NCBI GenBank assembly: GCA_000934665.2
Contig: KZ538010.1
Span: 1 to 64,000 of the forward strand
Direction: 5' to 3'
Source: Catajapyx aquilonaris
Lineage: Eukaryota
DNA length: 64,000 nucleotides
In this document: positions 37,280 through 52,200 of the stretch, in pieces
Numbering within the stretch: position 1 is the first letter of the stretch
Layout of the letters: the number at the start of each line of letters is the position of its first letter
Translations under genes and position numbers: made by a program
The notes under the pieces: generated by a model
The model's database searches: none
Told to the model about the DNA's origin: nothing
What the model saw: the letters and a program-made list of their open reading frames with translations, nothing else

Positions 37280-40200
37280 GGGCATATATAGGAAAAGTGA
37301 AGATTATGGTGCCAAATAAATGATGATGGATAGACCCCCGAATAATCTTGCATGCAATACGCAGCCCGCCCGCAATTTGTATAAGCTTGAGTTGGAGATA
37401 ATGCGTGGTGATATGGGCATGATTGTGAGGGCAGAGCCCTAGGTTTATACCTGGAAGTTTGTTTGGAATTTTGTAACCCTTGGTTGTAGCGTGTAAAATT
37501 TGCAAATATAAACTTGGAAATTGCCGCGTCGCACCCGTTGCGTTTGCACGTCAGCCCCCTCTCTAAATAATGAAACAACATGCACTTCCCCAAATGTGGT
37601 TGCATCGTGTGAGTGCATTCCATATGCAAATGTGCACGGAATATGTATGCTGGGGTTGGGTGAGCGCACATCCTCAATATAGGTTCGGGTTTGTTTTTTT
37701 TTTTTTGTAGGTGCACATTTTGAATACAAAGGTACTGTGTTGCAGACGGTACCAAAGTGAAAGCAGACGAAGGATGGTCATGGGCTTGTGACCACTTTTC
37801 TCTCATCCTCCACCTCGTTTCTCTGCCGACGGTCACGGTCATGGTCAAAGACGGTTGTCAAGAGACAGACACGTTCGCCAAATGCCTCTTCTCAGAATTG
37901 CTCTGCACATTTTTCTGCAATTTGCACCCCCTTATCTCATGGCCATGTCGCATTTTCGCTTACACGCCTTTCAGAGCGTATAGAGCCAATGTTGGGAGGA
38001 ATTTTTTTATATTTTTAGGAGGGTATGTGCCAGTAGGATGTTCCCACCACCAGAATGTAGGCCCCCTTTCGTCCACGCCATTGTTTTGTAGACAGTGGTT
38101 GATTTTTGTTTAGGATTCGTTGTGGTGGTCATGTGGGTTATGTTGTACCGTGGGAAATTCGCACCTATGACATTGAGTCACAACTTGCCATCCCGCAAGA
38201 TGACCCATAAAGGCCCAGAGAATTTGCCAATGACTGGAGCAATGGCCCGAAACAAACGTTTCACGCTCGATGGTCCTTCGAGGAGTAACCGGAAGCATTT
38301 GTGGCGGCATTAGGGACGGAAACTCGCCGCAAAGCACCTTCGTCAGTATATAGGAATGTATAACCTACACACCGTCGGTATGATGCCAAGTCCCCGGATA
38401 AAAAGGGTTGAAACGAGGCAAACGACCTTTCCGGCCGAGGTGGCCTCAGGTGCCGTGGCGAAAAGAAGATACCCCCGGTCGCTTCCCAACCACCTTTACC
38501 ATAGTTCTTGGTCTTCAGAGGTACTATATATGCTCCGGACCTTTTTGCAATTGAAAGATAAAAGGCAGTTGGCCAGGCTAAAGCAATGTGGTGTGTCTCC
38601 GGAGTCGCGGCCATATTTCCGGCTGTCACGTTTACAAAAATAAAGTAAAAAAATGGGGCCAGGTTTTATTTCCGTCTAGAAAAATGCGGAGCGAACCTGG
38701 AATTCCATGGTTTGCACTATTTTTTACACATTTTTGTTTAAAAAAATTTTTACGATCATGTAACGGGGGTTTTATAGCTTCTTGGAAATGTAGGGGGGTG
38801 ACATCACTTTTTGGTAGCCTCGCGACAGCCATCAGACGACTGTCGGGTAAATGACCTCGATTCAACGTATACTACACCACCGTACAGGTCGATAAAATGG
38901 GAAGGTCCCAACGTGAGTCAGAGAGGTGTAGTTTTGGTCCCCCCGATTGCAGCTTGGCTAGACCGAAAAATTGACCCGTTTTTTGGAGGCATTTGTTCTG
39001 TAGGTACAAAAAAAATGGGGGGAAAGTAGGCTTTTTGTGTGGCGGCCTTGTTTTTTTGTGAGTACATGTCTGGAGACTATCGTGAAAATATGGGCGGTTG
39101 ACATTGAATTGTTGGAGAAATCTGGTATTATTTGTAGAAAATTGTAGTTTAGAGGTTTACCGCATGGTACAGATTTAGGGTAAATCTTACCCAACAAATT
39201 GTTTATCACAGAAAATATTTTCTACACCTGTCATCAACAGATATCATTTACAGAGTAAAAATATTTTGTTATTTTGGGGGTGAACGGATCTGTCAGCTAC
39301 TTGGTAAACACCCTGTAGTCTCCTTGGCTTGAATGCTAACGTCCTCGTCCTCGTGACTGCGACATCAGCATCGGATTCGCATCATTAGCCAGTCCTAAGC
39401 GCTGATTGGTGCCTTGATTTATAGCCAAAACGTGGTCACACGCGACCAGATATTTTGACGTAATCCAAAAGATTCCATGCTAGATAAATACCATAAACGA
39501 GCAGTGACGTGGAGTGCAATCAATTTTATTTATTTATATTCTATAGTGGGGGGGATTGGATGAAGCCATAGGTAAATTGAGGCAGCCATAGTTGTATTCC
39601 CCTCCTTCTTCTCCGCCTCTGTCATTCCACACCAGCCCCCCATCTTTCCTACTCGCATATATAGCCCCTGGGTCTCCTCTCAAGGGGCTCGTATTTTTGG
39701 ATGGGGGAGGGGAGAGGGAAGTCTATGAGAGGTGGGGATGTCAACTGGATCTGGAGGATTACCAACCCATGGGCTTATCTGCAGCTTCTTGGAGTGGGGA
39801 TGAGGATGAAACACACTGTAGATAAGGGAAGAATGAGCTGATCAGTAGCTGTTTGATTTGTTAGGGATTATTAGTAGGCTATCCTTTGGGTAGAAAAGGT
39901 GAACAATATTGAAAATTTTGCATTGGCCTGCTCATAAACTTGGTGATGGTGTTGGAGGCAAATGATCGATTTCAAAATAACTGTATGCAAATGTAGAATT
40001 ATCCGATATTAGGTGTTCGATATTATCTGAATATTCTGTGGGATCATATTTAGGCAGTATCGATTTGAAGTATGGAATACCTAATACCGCATAGCCCTGA
40101 TATAAAAAAATGACATTCATTCACCTGCCTGGTTCTTGGGATATTATGGCTATTATGCTATTGTGCCATGAAGCCTTCTGCAGAAGTATGATTCATAGCA

Positions 40201-43200
40201 CATGCCTATAATGAGATCCGTGTTGACCCCCTTTTTTATTACATCAACCTACAGCTACAAAGTGCATACTTGATACGTATTTTTGCATAAGAAGGGCTGA
40301 AAATAGATTGGCCACAATGATAGTAGGTCATTGTACCGGATGCCATAATAGCTGCCAAGATTTGAAAGTCTGGCTTCCAAGGCTATCCCAGATTCCCCCC
40401 CCCCCCCCCCCCCCNCCCCCTGGCATCGACAGCTTCGTTAGTTATTCTACCGCAAACTGCAGTCGTTGCAACCTGTCTCGACCAATAGGGAACGTCGACA
40501 ATCGCATGTCGCATCCTAGTTGAAACGTGCCATTTAGAGTTTGTGACAGGCGAATAACCCAATACTGACTGGTCGCGTGATTCACGATTTTTGTTTTTCT
40601 GTTGGCTCCCCTTGCTCTTTGCCAGCCCGTGGTCAGCAGCTCTACCAAATCTCCTGGGGTCGTTGGTCAGCCTATCTCATCATTCTTCCCCCAACCCTCC
40701 GGACAGATGAGCAATTAGGGACACCACCCCTTGAGCAAATCTCTGGGTATATAGGCCTGTACTCCCCTCATTGGCAGTAGGTGCTCGACATAAGCTGCTA
40801 TCCACGTTCTTTTATTGGGCCCTTTGTCGGAACAGAGTTGATTGCCTCATTAGCATGGACATCGACGTGGACGCGACGAATCAATAATCCCGACCGAACA
40901 CTCGTTCAAATGTGTCAGATTTTGGGTGGCGTTGGGGGAATACTAACATGGGGCTTTTGTTAGGGACGAACTTTTTTTTTGCAGGGGCTATATAGCTATA
41001 GGCTTGGAAAATGGCAGCCACATCCTCCGGGCTTGAATATGCGGTTTTCAAATTTTGGAAGCAATCTAGCCGGGGGAATAGTGTGGCAACAGCTTTCATG
41101 TCGCGAAGTTGGTGAAAAAATGGGACCATATGGCTATGAGGCCAAAGACATGTCAATTTCATAGTTAGCAATGGGCAGTGATGGCGGTAGTTGTCAAGGA
41201 TCTACCACCTAATATAAAATGGTCATTTTTTTTTTGTGAGTGAAGAACAAAGGGACATACCAAAGGATTTTTATGGCCTTTTTCCTTGCACGTTTCCAGC
41301 GCCGTTTATTGCAGGGGGGGGGGGGGGGTTAAGGGGGTTCTAAAATGAACTGATGTGAAAACCTGAAGAAAAAGACGTATAAGATTGACCACGTATACAG
41401 GTACTTAGCAAACAATGTCTCAGTCATATAGATTTCAGAGCAAATAAAAATTAGCTTGTTGAAGCACACGAGATATGGCGTGTTGACGTGTGGAAGAAAA
41501 ATGTGTGGGCCCCCAAATACTAATACGCGGTTTTGATTATGGAAAGTTAATGTGCCAGAACATACAACCTGCCCTATCTAATAATTGCGGAAATGGCGAG
41601 AAATCCCGGTATCATTAACTCTTGAGAGTGGGGTGAAAAACAGGGTCTGTTACTCTGGGCAACAGGGATGAAACATGTACTGTACAGTACCTGTGTGAAG
41701 GCGTGCAAATAATGTATGCTGTCAGAAAGTTAACACATTTATCCTGAATCAGGGGTGCTACGCATTCATGCCTGTTGTAGTGGTGGTGTGCGTGGCAGGG
41801 GCTTTTAGCCCAAATGAGATTAGCAATGCAGATTAGTCTGGGGCCATAATTGGCCCAAAGTGCTTCGATAACAGCGGTTTTGTGTCAATGTCAAAGCCTT
41901 TGCCTTGGGAGTCATTTATGGAGTGTACATACTCGCATTTGGTTATCATGAGCAGTGACAATAAGGGTGATGTCATTTCTACCGTAAAAAAAGTCAAAGT
42001 CGAGTTATTTTTGACTTAAAATATATTTTACAGTCTGCCGCCAACCGCAGATATATTGCAGTTCATTTCCTCTTCTTTGAAAAATAATATCCGGCCTGTC
42101 TTTGAGTACAAAAGGGGAAGAAAGATGGTTTTGGCACAATATGCAAAGAAAAGGTGGTGTATGTTACATACAGTGACGATGACCCGAACGGAAGTCCCTG
42201 CACTGGGTGGGCGTGGTACAGCCACGCCCATACATTTCTTTCTGGACGATGTGACAGCATATCCATATCCGCATATATCCTATTAGCAGCAGCGACCTCC
42301 CATGGACCCCTCACGTAATTACCTCATTCTAGGTATAGCCCATCCCCGGTATTTGCAGACAGATCTAATCAAGATGCCCGCAATATTCGGGTGAAAGTAC
42401 TTTGCGGGTTGTAAACAGTCATCGAGCCCAATATCCGGCCAATAAAACTGATATTTCGAAGCGTGTAAAGTGGAGCAGGAGAGTTGATCCCGACTTATCT
42501 GAACCAATCGTGGGGATGGAGGATGGGAGACCATTGGGCGGAGAGTGTTTTTGGGTGGGGAGTGCTGGAAATAAATCTTGTGTTGGGGGAGCCCCTTTGG
42601 TGGACCATGTGTCTCCCGTCGCCCGGAGGTGCCTTCTCTGAAAGATGGGATGGATGGTGGGGGGCACCTTGCCAAGATCAAGATCGGAAGTCCCCCTGAG
42701 TGCCTCTTCTGCTCCAGAAATATTATTCGGAGCTGGAAATGTCTGCTTTAGGAACATTTATTGCACGTAAACAAGAAGGGGAGAAACTGGCGGTTTTGAT
42801 TTCGGGGGGGAAGAGTTTGTGTTGGGCTGGCAAATGCGTTGTAAAGCTTTATGTAATGTAGCAATTTCAACTTCAACCAAAAGTCATCAGGTAGCAAAAA
42901 ATATGTATGAAAACAACAACAATGTGAGCATAACACTAGCCTATCACCAGATTTCCATTTACAACGAAATGTCGTGATGATGTACATTTGGATGGTAATG
43001 AGAAAATTGTTTACTACACCTTATCCTGGCCATATTTTCATGTGAGACGGATGACCTTTTCTGTATTCATGCCACTAGCGCAGTACGTGCTGCCTAACAG
43101 CTTTACAGGTAATGCGTTTTATGCATTTCCCAGCTGCATAAAACTTTGGGTATGACCTCGACTAACCATAAACCATATTTTTATATGCATATATATTTCC

Positions 43201-46200
43201 ACGCGATCTGAACAATTTTGTATGCACGCTTGGTTATTACATGACTGCTGACTGACATAACCCTATTTCACACATCATCACCTCGAACAAGTCGGCTCAT
43301 CACCTGCATCCTGTACAAAAACAAGCTCATAATTATAGGGAACATCGTCAAAAAATGTATAGGTCCAGTGTGAGTAATGCGGGTGAATTAAAGTTTGCGT
43401 AATTAAGTGCGCACTGGTTTAAGACACTGAATCACCCGATTTCAATGACAGTGCCAGTGTCACAAAAACTCTCAGGTATCCTTGGTAAGGTAGCAAGCGT
43501 TACAATGTTCGACCTTATTTCACCATGAGTCACCTCATGACACAAAAAAAACACACAATAGGGCACGTCCTATAGACAATCATGCGACTAGGCGCCCCCA
43601 TTGATACTGTTCAGGTGACTTGACCGGAAGTTTATAGCCATTGGGGTAAAGTGACTCGTCCTTTAATTCACTCGAGGTTAAGTCAGACCATTCGAAAAAA
43701 AAAAATATTGAGAAACGACTGTTCTCACGCCATTTCCATTTCGTGTATTTCCCCTGCTGGTTGGGGTCCCCTCTCTCTCTTGTGGTTAGATTAGGGGGAA
43801 GGGGGACTTTGGGTTGGGGGAGGTGGAAATTGCACCTGCTCCTCCCACCCCTGGGGAGAAGGTAAGTAGGTAAACATGGGGTGAGTCAGCTTGTATCAGC
43901 GTATATGCTGATAAACGGCCGAGCGACAGTCAGGAATTTTTTGAAATGGTAGGGCATGATGTGGTGAATAGAGCATCTCGCAGTCTGATTCACACCAAGT
44001 TTCTTCTCACACGTGCGAATCTAGCCTAGGGTCTGTTGAACGGGCCCTTGAGAAAATATGGGTTCGCCGAATCGAGCAAAAATTTCCAGGAGATTATTGC
44101 CAATATTAAAATATAGTCATTAAATTTTGGCATGCTCTGTACCATATATTTCTGTCTGCACATGCGCGTTGGAACAGCGATTCAGCGAACTATGGTCAGT
44201 CCCCATCATTTTGCTCGCGGCTGTACCGAACTGGACAGTCTGATTTATTGGCTGATATGGATCATGTGGCTAACGCCTAATTGTTGTCCGCACCTCATAT
44301 ATTGCGCCACATGCAGCAGCAGACCATTCGTATAGGTGTTTGTTTCAGGTACACATCCCACCAAATGACCAGATTACAAAGGGTAACGATCATTTGAGGA
44401 CAATACGGTTGACGAAACAGGCATTCCTGGCGTCGCTCGACCTCTCTTAATGGGCATAATTCACGCAACATGCTGGCACCGGCGGTCATTATATGCCCCC
44501 ACACCCCGCTTACGTCAATTCACGGACTCATGCACAGCCTCCATATGGTGCTATACACACACACACACTCGAAGATTGATGTATCCAACATTGTTCCTAT
44601 TATTATACTTTAGTACAAGGTGGCACGAGGAAGTACAAGAAATTCGACGTAACTTGTTTTTTGGGGCAGTCAGATGGACCGCAGGTGCGTGAAATGAGGA
44701 TGGCGTGATGAAGGCGGCAATTTCAAGGAGCGGTTCCGGCAACCCCCCCTCTTGTGTACCTCCTCCTACCCCTAATCAAGAGGACGTGCAACAAGGGTAA
44801 AAATACCGGGGCTGAGTAGTACACCCACCTTTTCTCCGCCTATTCCAATTAGGGTGATCTCAGCTGGTAGATAACCAGGAAATGGACAAAAGTACGGTGA
44901 CACACCCCGATCCGGGCCACAGTGTCAATCAGGGTGTCGCACCATATTCAAATGAACCGAAACACTCCAACTTGTCATGTATTCCACTAATGCGAATTCA
45001 CCCCTATTATTGCCCTGTGTTTGTGAAATTAATCTGCATACTGATCCGTTGGAGGGGAATGTGAAAGGGGGAAGTAGAATGAATATATTGAGAGGGGGGG
45101 GGGGGGAAGATGCCACTTGTTGCTGAGGGGTACGACGGTGTAGACGGCGACGCCGGCGCTGTGTAATGGGCGTGGTCCGGGCGTCTGGGTCGTCGCCCTT
45201 CGATTAATTAAAAACGTGGCTGCAATGCAGCTGGGTATACTCTCTCGAGTACATGGAAACGGTCCATTTGGAGAAATAGGGTGTGGGGGTATCCTTCAGT
45301 GCTCCAGACGGAGCCTGGGGTAGGTTGAGGGGGGGGAAAATTGCTGGGAATTTTTTTTTCGGGTAGGCGTCGGTCGGATCGATTGGTATAGCTGGTGCAC
45401 ACTGGCGCCGGCACGTGGCAGCCACACCCTTCCCATCTAGTACCGGCAGATAAGAATACCAAAAAGGCGAAGAGCTCACCGGCAATACATTCGTCGTATA
45501 ATGACGATGACGCGTATTTCGCAGTGAGCCGCAAATGATGTCATGCGGCTAATAAAAATAATTCCAGTGAGTCACCCAAGTTGCTGCAGTGCACCATCCT
45601 ATAGTATGACGAAATTTTGGATTGATTAAAAATTTTGTACGTTTTTTGTTTTTTTTGCAATGTCCCTGCATGGAAGAAAAAAAAATGGGCTGAGTCATGA
45701 ACGCGGCACCGTTGCCGTGTGTATGACCTGGAATGTCCCGGGGGGAATTGCAACCCGGAAGGAACTGGAGGATAGAGAAGGTGCAAGATGCACAGGCGGC
45801 CGACTGCCAGGAACGCAGTAGTGGGTGGGTGGGTGGGTAAATTGCTGACCGCCTCTTCGGCTCAGAGATTTCTTAGCATGTGACCTGCTGGGGGGTCAAG
45901 CAGCAATACCGGGGCCATTTCTGACCTAATATTTATTTTATTTATTAATATTTATATTATAAAATTTATTTATTATGGGATGTGGACGTGGCAACTACGC
46001 ATGGGAACTGAAAGGTGGTGATGGTGGAGGGCACCCCCCCCCNNNNNNNNNNNNGGGGGGGGGGGGGGGGGGTACGTAGGGGGGGAGCAGTGGGGTGGGT
46101 TCTTCCTGCTGCAAGAGATTCCCTGGCAGTTAGTCGATGGTGTCGGAGCCGTCGGTGGTGCTTGTGAGCCGGCCTGTCAAGTATTAGTGTGCCGGGTGTT

Positions 46201-49200
46201 CTGTGTGTACGGTACGTGCCTGGTTGGAAAATTCGTGCTTTGTGGAGGAATAGCCCTGTTTGGCCGTTGGAGCAGCTGGTGTCAACAAGTGATTTTGGGG
46301 GAAATATGGGTGTAGATTTGCATGCAATATCTGGCAAAATATGCTGGTGCTTTTTTTCTTCAAATTAATTAATGGTGTTATCAGCGCTGGGACAAAAAAA
46401 ACAACAACAAAAGGTCTGCTTCCTGAATGTGTCAATAGAGTAGAGTTTAGTAGGGGAAAATGACCTTTTGAGCTGATAAAAGTTCAACAGTCCCACTGCA
46501 CGTTCTCTCGTGGGTGACGCGGATTATCTGGTGGTCAATATGTGTTGGAAGTAGTGCGACTGCTTTCACATTATTTTATTGAACTGCGGGGGTTGATCAG
46601 TAGATATTGTTTGAAAGGGCAGCTGGAATTAGCATATATTGGCAGTGCAGCTTGGTTTTTTTGAGAAAAGCGATAAATTATGTGGGAGGAAAGATGAGGT
46701 GTTGCGCTATCGTTTTATAGTCAGGGATAAAAATAGATGGTGACGCTGTGGTGTTTCCTAGAGCTAATAAGTGTATCCAGATAGCAGCAGTAAATTTAAT
46801 GTCAGGGGCACCACATATGGGTGCATATCGCAAGGTTCTGGCTGAAAATTTACACTCCATGCAATTCAATTATTGTGGACCCACTGATAAAAATCACTGA
46901 TTTATGGGACAGCTGGTGGATACTATCTCATTAAGTGGTGTGTTAAGTGGGTGAGATGGAACAGATATGGTTCATTAATATTTTTCTCTCACTGCAAACT
47001 TTCTTCTCATCAATTGCAGAGAATTTGGAAGGTGTGAGCTGCCGACTAGTCCAGCAGGCCAAGCAAGGAGGGTCGAGTGACAATATCACAGTGGTAGTGG
47101 CGTTCCTGAAGGCGCCTGAAGTGCTGTCGCAGAGGCCACTCCCACCCTTGAATGAGCCAGCAGTGAACCAAGGCAGCGAGGCCAGCAGCAAGCAACAGTC
47201 AGCCCAGGAGCACCAGCAGCCTGATCAGGCTTCCCCGTGCAGCCCCTCCCCTGGCAGCATGAACGGCCAGCAGGCTGACACAGACTTCCAGAATTCATTT
47301 GCGGCCACCAACGGAGGAGGACTCTATAATCCTTTCAAAGGGTCCTCTTTTGGTTCAGAAGACCAGGTACGTTCAACGTTCATGACTATTTGCACAGGCG
47401 GCTAACCGTATGATTTAGATTTTGAAATAAGTTTCCTGACATAACTACCACAGAAACTATCAAAAACCCTGAATTCTGTCAAGTGAATTTGCAGAAGGTT
47501 GACCAGACTGTTCCATTGAAATTAGCAGGGTGAGAACAGAGATGGAGCGATGGAGCATGCTGACCTGCTGGATGGGATGGAGATTGCCATGGGTGCGCTG
47601 AAGAATGGCGGTAGTGTCGAGGCAACTCCAGCCGATTCAGGGTTTATATCCCCAGCAACCCATACCCTTACAAGCCCCAGCGATCCGTGTGATCCTAGTG
47701 TGACACAGGTGGACTGGAACCTCCAGAACGATACGCCTGCTCTGCAGAAGGATACCGAGATACTAACTGGACGAGAGGAGACACCCACCCCACCCATTGA
47801 TGGTGAGTGTTCACTTGTGTACCATTATTTTGGTGAATACAGCAATTACATGCTGTGCCTTATTCAGCAGATATTACTTGACAAATTGGGACAGCGAGCA
47901 TTTTCAGGGTTGACAGCTACATGTTGGGGAGTCAGGAGGGGGAGATACTTTATAATGTTTATCACCGGGATTGTGACAGGAGCAAGATAAATCCAGCAGG
48001 GTTGTCATATCGAGTTTGCTGACAGGTCAGAGGATGGTGGGGAAGCTGGCTTAGTGGAAAACTGACCTCCTCTGAGAAGATGACCTCATCATTCCTCGGC
48101 CCAGAAAGGGTTTTGCAGCTTGCCTTCCAACGAAAAGAGCAGGACCATATATGGGGACGGGAGGTCACACCACACGTTTGGTGTTACATTTTAGAAAGAA
48201 TTGCCAGGGTCGTTCAACCATTTCTCCGGAAGTTCTTCCCCGAAAATCCTTTCCCCCCCTCCCTCATTTCTCCAGCCCGACATTGCCCATTAATCTTTAA
48301 GGAGAAAAGGGGTTGAGCCCCTCCCCCGCTTTGTAAGTGCTGGGTTTTTTTTTAAAAAAATCCGCCGAACGGTATTGGGAAGATTTAGATCGGTTTTTTG
48401 GGGTTCACCCGGCAACTAGGGGTTAGGGGTCGTGGACCGTACAGGTGGCCCCCGGGGAATCTGGGGGGATATATGGCAAGGGAGGGGGATGGGGGGTGAT
48501 CGATGCCCCCACCATACCCCAGCAGCATTCTCTTGGCAGCTGGGAGAATCAATGATGTGGGTTTGCCTGGAGGGTTTGCGTGGGCGGTGCTGTTGTCTCG
48601 ACGGCGCAGCAGCTGCTTGCATCTCGATAGGAGATGTTACTCAGATAATCATGAGCTGCGGGGGGGTTTTCCCCATGACCACGAACCTTGGGGATCGATG
48701 GGAAAAGTGCAGTCTCATCCGCAGGTAGATGAGCCACCCTGTGCGTTCCTGCGGGGGCTGGCTCAAATCCAGCTGTTATTTTTACCCAACTTGAGAATAG
48801 TTACCACACACACACACACACACACACACATGATGAGGCACATGCCCTCTTACTTGGGGGCTCGAACCCCCCTGAAGCCAAGTTGTGCGAAAACCTTTTT
48901 TGTGCCCGAAGTTTTCTTTCCGGTGGTCGCCTTGACCTTGGTTTTGGAAGACGTGTGAAAAGAAACGAATTTTTTAAGCTTAGAAAAAATAGGAGGGGGA
49001 TGGGAAGATTTGATGAAAAGGCGGCCATCTTGAGGCCAATTCAAGGTGCCAATCGGGTGCACCTGTGGCAGGTTTGCCAACATGGTCAAATTGGGGGATG
49101 ACGGTCCCCCTTGGCAGCAGGGGGGGGGCAACAATGGCAGGGTTGCCAGCATGTTTAGTTGTCACATATGTGTGGTGTTCTGAAGGGTATGGGAGCGGCG

Positions 49201-52200
49201 TAAAGATGGGTGAGACATGACAACATCGCTCCCCTCTTTTTTCCCCCCCCAATCCCCTTTTTGCCCCCCTCTCCCTACCCGGTGTGTTCCCCCCCACACC
49301 CCAGACGGCCGTCTCTTCTTTTCCCGTCTGATTCCTCCTAGCAGCTCGCCTCCACATTTCGAGCAAGGTACCGGCATCTTGGAACTTGATATCTGTGCCC
49401 CCCCAACCACATTTTTGAGTGGTTTCTGAGTGGAGATTATTTTGAGTTGTACGGTACCCGGTACTGATTGGCTGATTAATTGGAAATTAGTGGAATGGTG
49501 AGTTGAGGTTACTGTTTTGGTTGCTTTGTAGGGTCTGCGTTGGGGAAGAGTGAGCCTGCACCGGAGAACCTGGTGACGGAGGACGCAGAGGACTCGGAGG
49601 ACGACTGGAGCTACTACCAGGTGGAGCCCAGCAAGAGGTCGCCGCTGGAGGTGGACCAACTGGCCGACGGAGGGACTAACGCAACTAAGGTGATTGCCGT
49701 TGTTCGCAACAATCAGTGTGGCGGGTTTGGAGTTGAATTTGGAGCAGCGTAATAGCATTAATGAGTGGATGAAGAGATGAGCTTCTGTCAAGTTGGTTAC
49801 ACTGGTCATTTCCACAAATGCAGGGCAGAAATAGACAGTGCCCTACATTTTCAGAGGGTTACTGCAAAAGTTGTAGTGAATTTTGCACTCGGGAAGTTGG
49901 TTGGCACCAAGGAGCCTTGCCAACTTGACGGATTATAAAATGGCATAGGGCTGTCGTCGAGAATCTCGAAATTTTTCAATTGAATTTTTAAATGTCGATG
50001 TAAATCTCCACTTGATAGGAAATAGGATTGTGCGTGACCATTAAATGGAGACTTGATCAGGTGGGAAGATTAGGTTCGGGAATGTTTTTTTTTCCGGTGG
50101 AAATATTCAAGCTAGTCGCTGAAATTGTAAGTATTATGGTGCTGCAGAACCATTGCGTCTAATGCATGCACAAATAATGTTGATAGGCTAATTGGGTCTG
50201 TAAAATGCCATTTCATGGGATGTGTGTGTTCTGAATGTTGGCATTAATTGTGTCAACCCAAGTGCACACATGTGAACAGGAAGGAGGGCTTTCTGGGATT
50301 TGCCTAGTTCAATAGATCCTACATGACCTATTACAGGCAGTAAAGAAGAAATCTTGGGACAGTGCAGCTGGAATGTGATAGTGAGGTCCTCTAATACGTT
50401 AACTCGGACATGTTTGCATCTCATGTGAACACTGCTAGCGATTCTTGCTGGCCAAGGATAGTTCTTCAGGTTTTTATAATCTCTCCGTCATTGATAAAGA
50501 TGAAAATGAGAGGTCTGCATTGATAAATATTTTTAGGGAAACTGCAACAAGTCATGAGTTTGACCATATTTGATAAAATATTTGACTGATGTTTATGTCA
50601 TCAGGCTTTGTTGCACTTATTGGGATTCCTAACTTTAGCGAATTGATTTTTTTTTCTTAATTTGATACAGTTGTAACAATTTTTAATGTTAACAGGACAT
50701 TTTGTGGAAATGACTATTTCACTTTTCATTCCACTGCCACTTCTTTCCTGTTCCTTGGCCTTAATAGTTGTGTTAGGGCAGCCTTCAAGTTTCAAGGCTT
50801 TTTCTCACTGGGGATACAGGGCATTATTTATTGCCCTTTTGGAGTAACTCAGGATGTGAGGTTTCTTGAAGAATGTTTTACATCGCTTGATGAAGAAACT
50901 TCTGGGTTTTAAATCATAATTTATTGAGCATTCACGACACAGGTGAAAGTGTTCACAACCGAGGGTTGTTGAAGGTCTTGATGCATTTGTCCGAGATCGT
51001 AATGCTAATGTCAGAGTGGCCCCATTAGACCAAGTTGCCACGCATTCTAGATTTTCTGCTGCTTTCGTGCCATTTTTATTAAAGTATATTAGTAGTAATT
51101 ATATGCATATTAAGTGCAATAAGGTAGATGTTCTTAACAAGGCAATGCACCATTTCAGATGGAAAAGTCTCCAGTTCCCTCACCCCAGCCACCAATGGAG
51201 CCTGCTGCTGAAAAGGAGGTGGTAGCATCACCTCCTGTTTCAGCTGCACCTGCTGCTGGCCCAGAGGAAGTTGAAGACCTGTTTTTCTCAAATAAATATC
51301 CATCGTCGAAGTCTTCTGACACCACCCTGATTCCTGAGTCAGATCGCTCCAAGCTCATGGATGACGACAATGTCAACGAAGTGGTTGCAGTGCACTCGAG
51401 TGAAGATTTCTTTGCTACACTACCTGCTCAATCCACTTCATCCCAGGAGTACTTCAGTGCTGTGGATGACCTGGCCGGAAACAACCCGTTCCTCTCAAGT
51501 GGATCATCGGCAACGCTGCTGGAGGACCAGATCATACCTGATGGGGTATCCTTGGATGTAGCTTTCCCGAAACCACTTGAGATGGAGAGTGCTGTACAGC
51601 AGATGCAAATGTCCGGATTCATGGGTGACGACCCTATAGAACCAGAACTGAAAATGGACACTGCTTACTTGGTGCACCAGGATGAGCCAGAGAAGTCATT
51701 CTCTCCTACCCAGCTGAATCCAGAGGTACCTGCATTTGTGCCAGCCTCCTGCACCAGTCCGGTACTGGTGGAAGGCATGGCTGACCTGCAGTTGGATAGC
51801 TCCGAGGCCATTCCTAAGGAAGTGTATCTGGACCCATTTATGGCACTGCAGAAGTCTCCTGAACCATCACGACAGGAGCACGTGTCTCCTGAGCCTTCAA
51901 ACATACCAATGTCACCTGAGGCACCCTTATCACCTCAGCAAACTGTCACGACTTTCTCGTCGTTTTCACCAGAACCAGGTTATGTGCCACCTGTGCCCAC
52001 TTCAGAGCCACCAGCATTCACTCCTGAGCCACCGACCAAGTCACCAATTTCTTCACCCGAGCCTCATGCGCAGTCGCCTGTTTATTCACCTGAACCAATG
52101 GCCAGGTCACCAATCTGCTCACCTGAGCAACAGGCAAAATCACCAGTGCTGTCTCCTGAACCACAGGGAAAATCGCCAATCCTGTCACCCGAACCATTGG

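Noticed and set aside
36158..46072. Long G/C homopolymer runs (36158, 40394, 41313, 45094, 46033) as G-quadruplex elements
   Set aside because: Several contain Ns so lengths are unreliable; no evidence of specific function.
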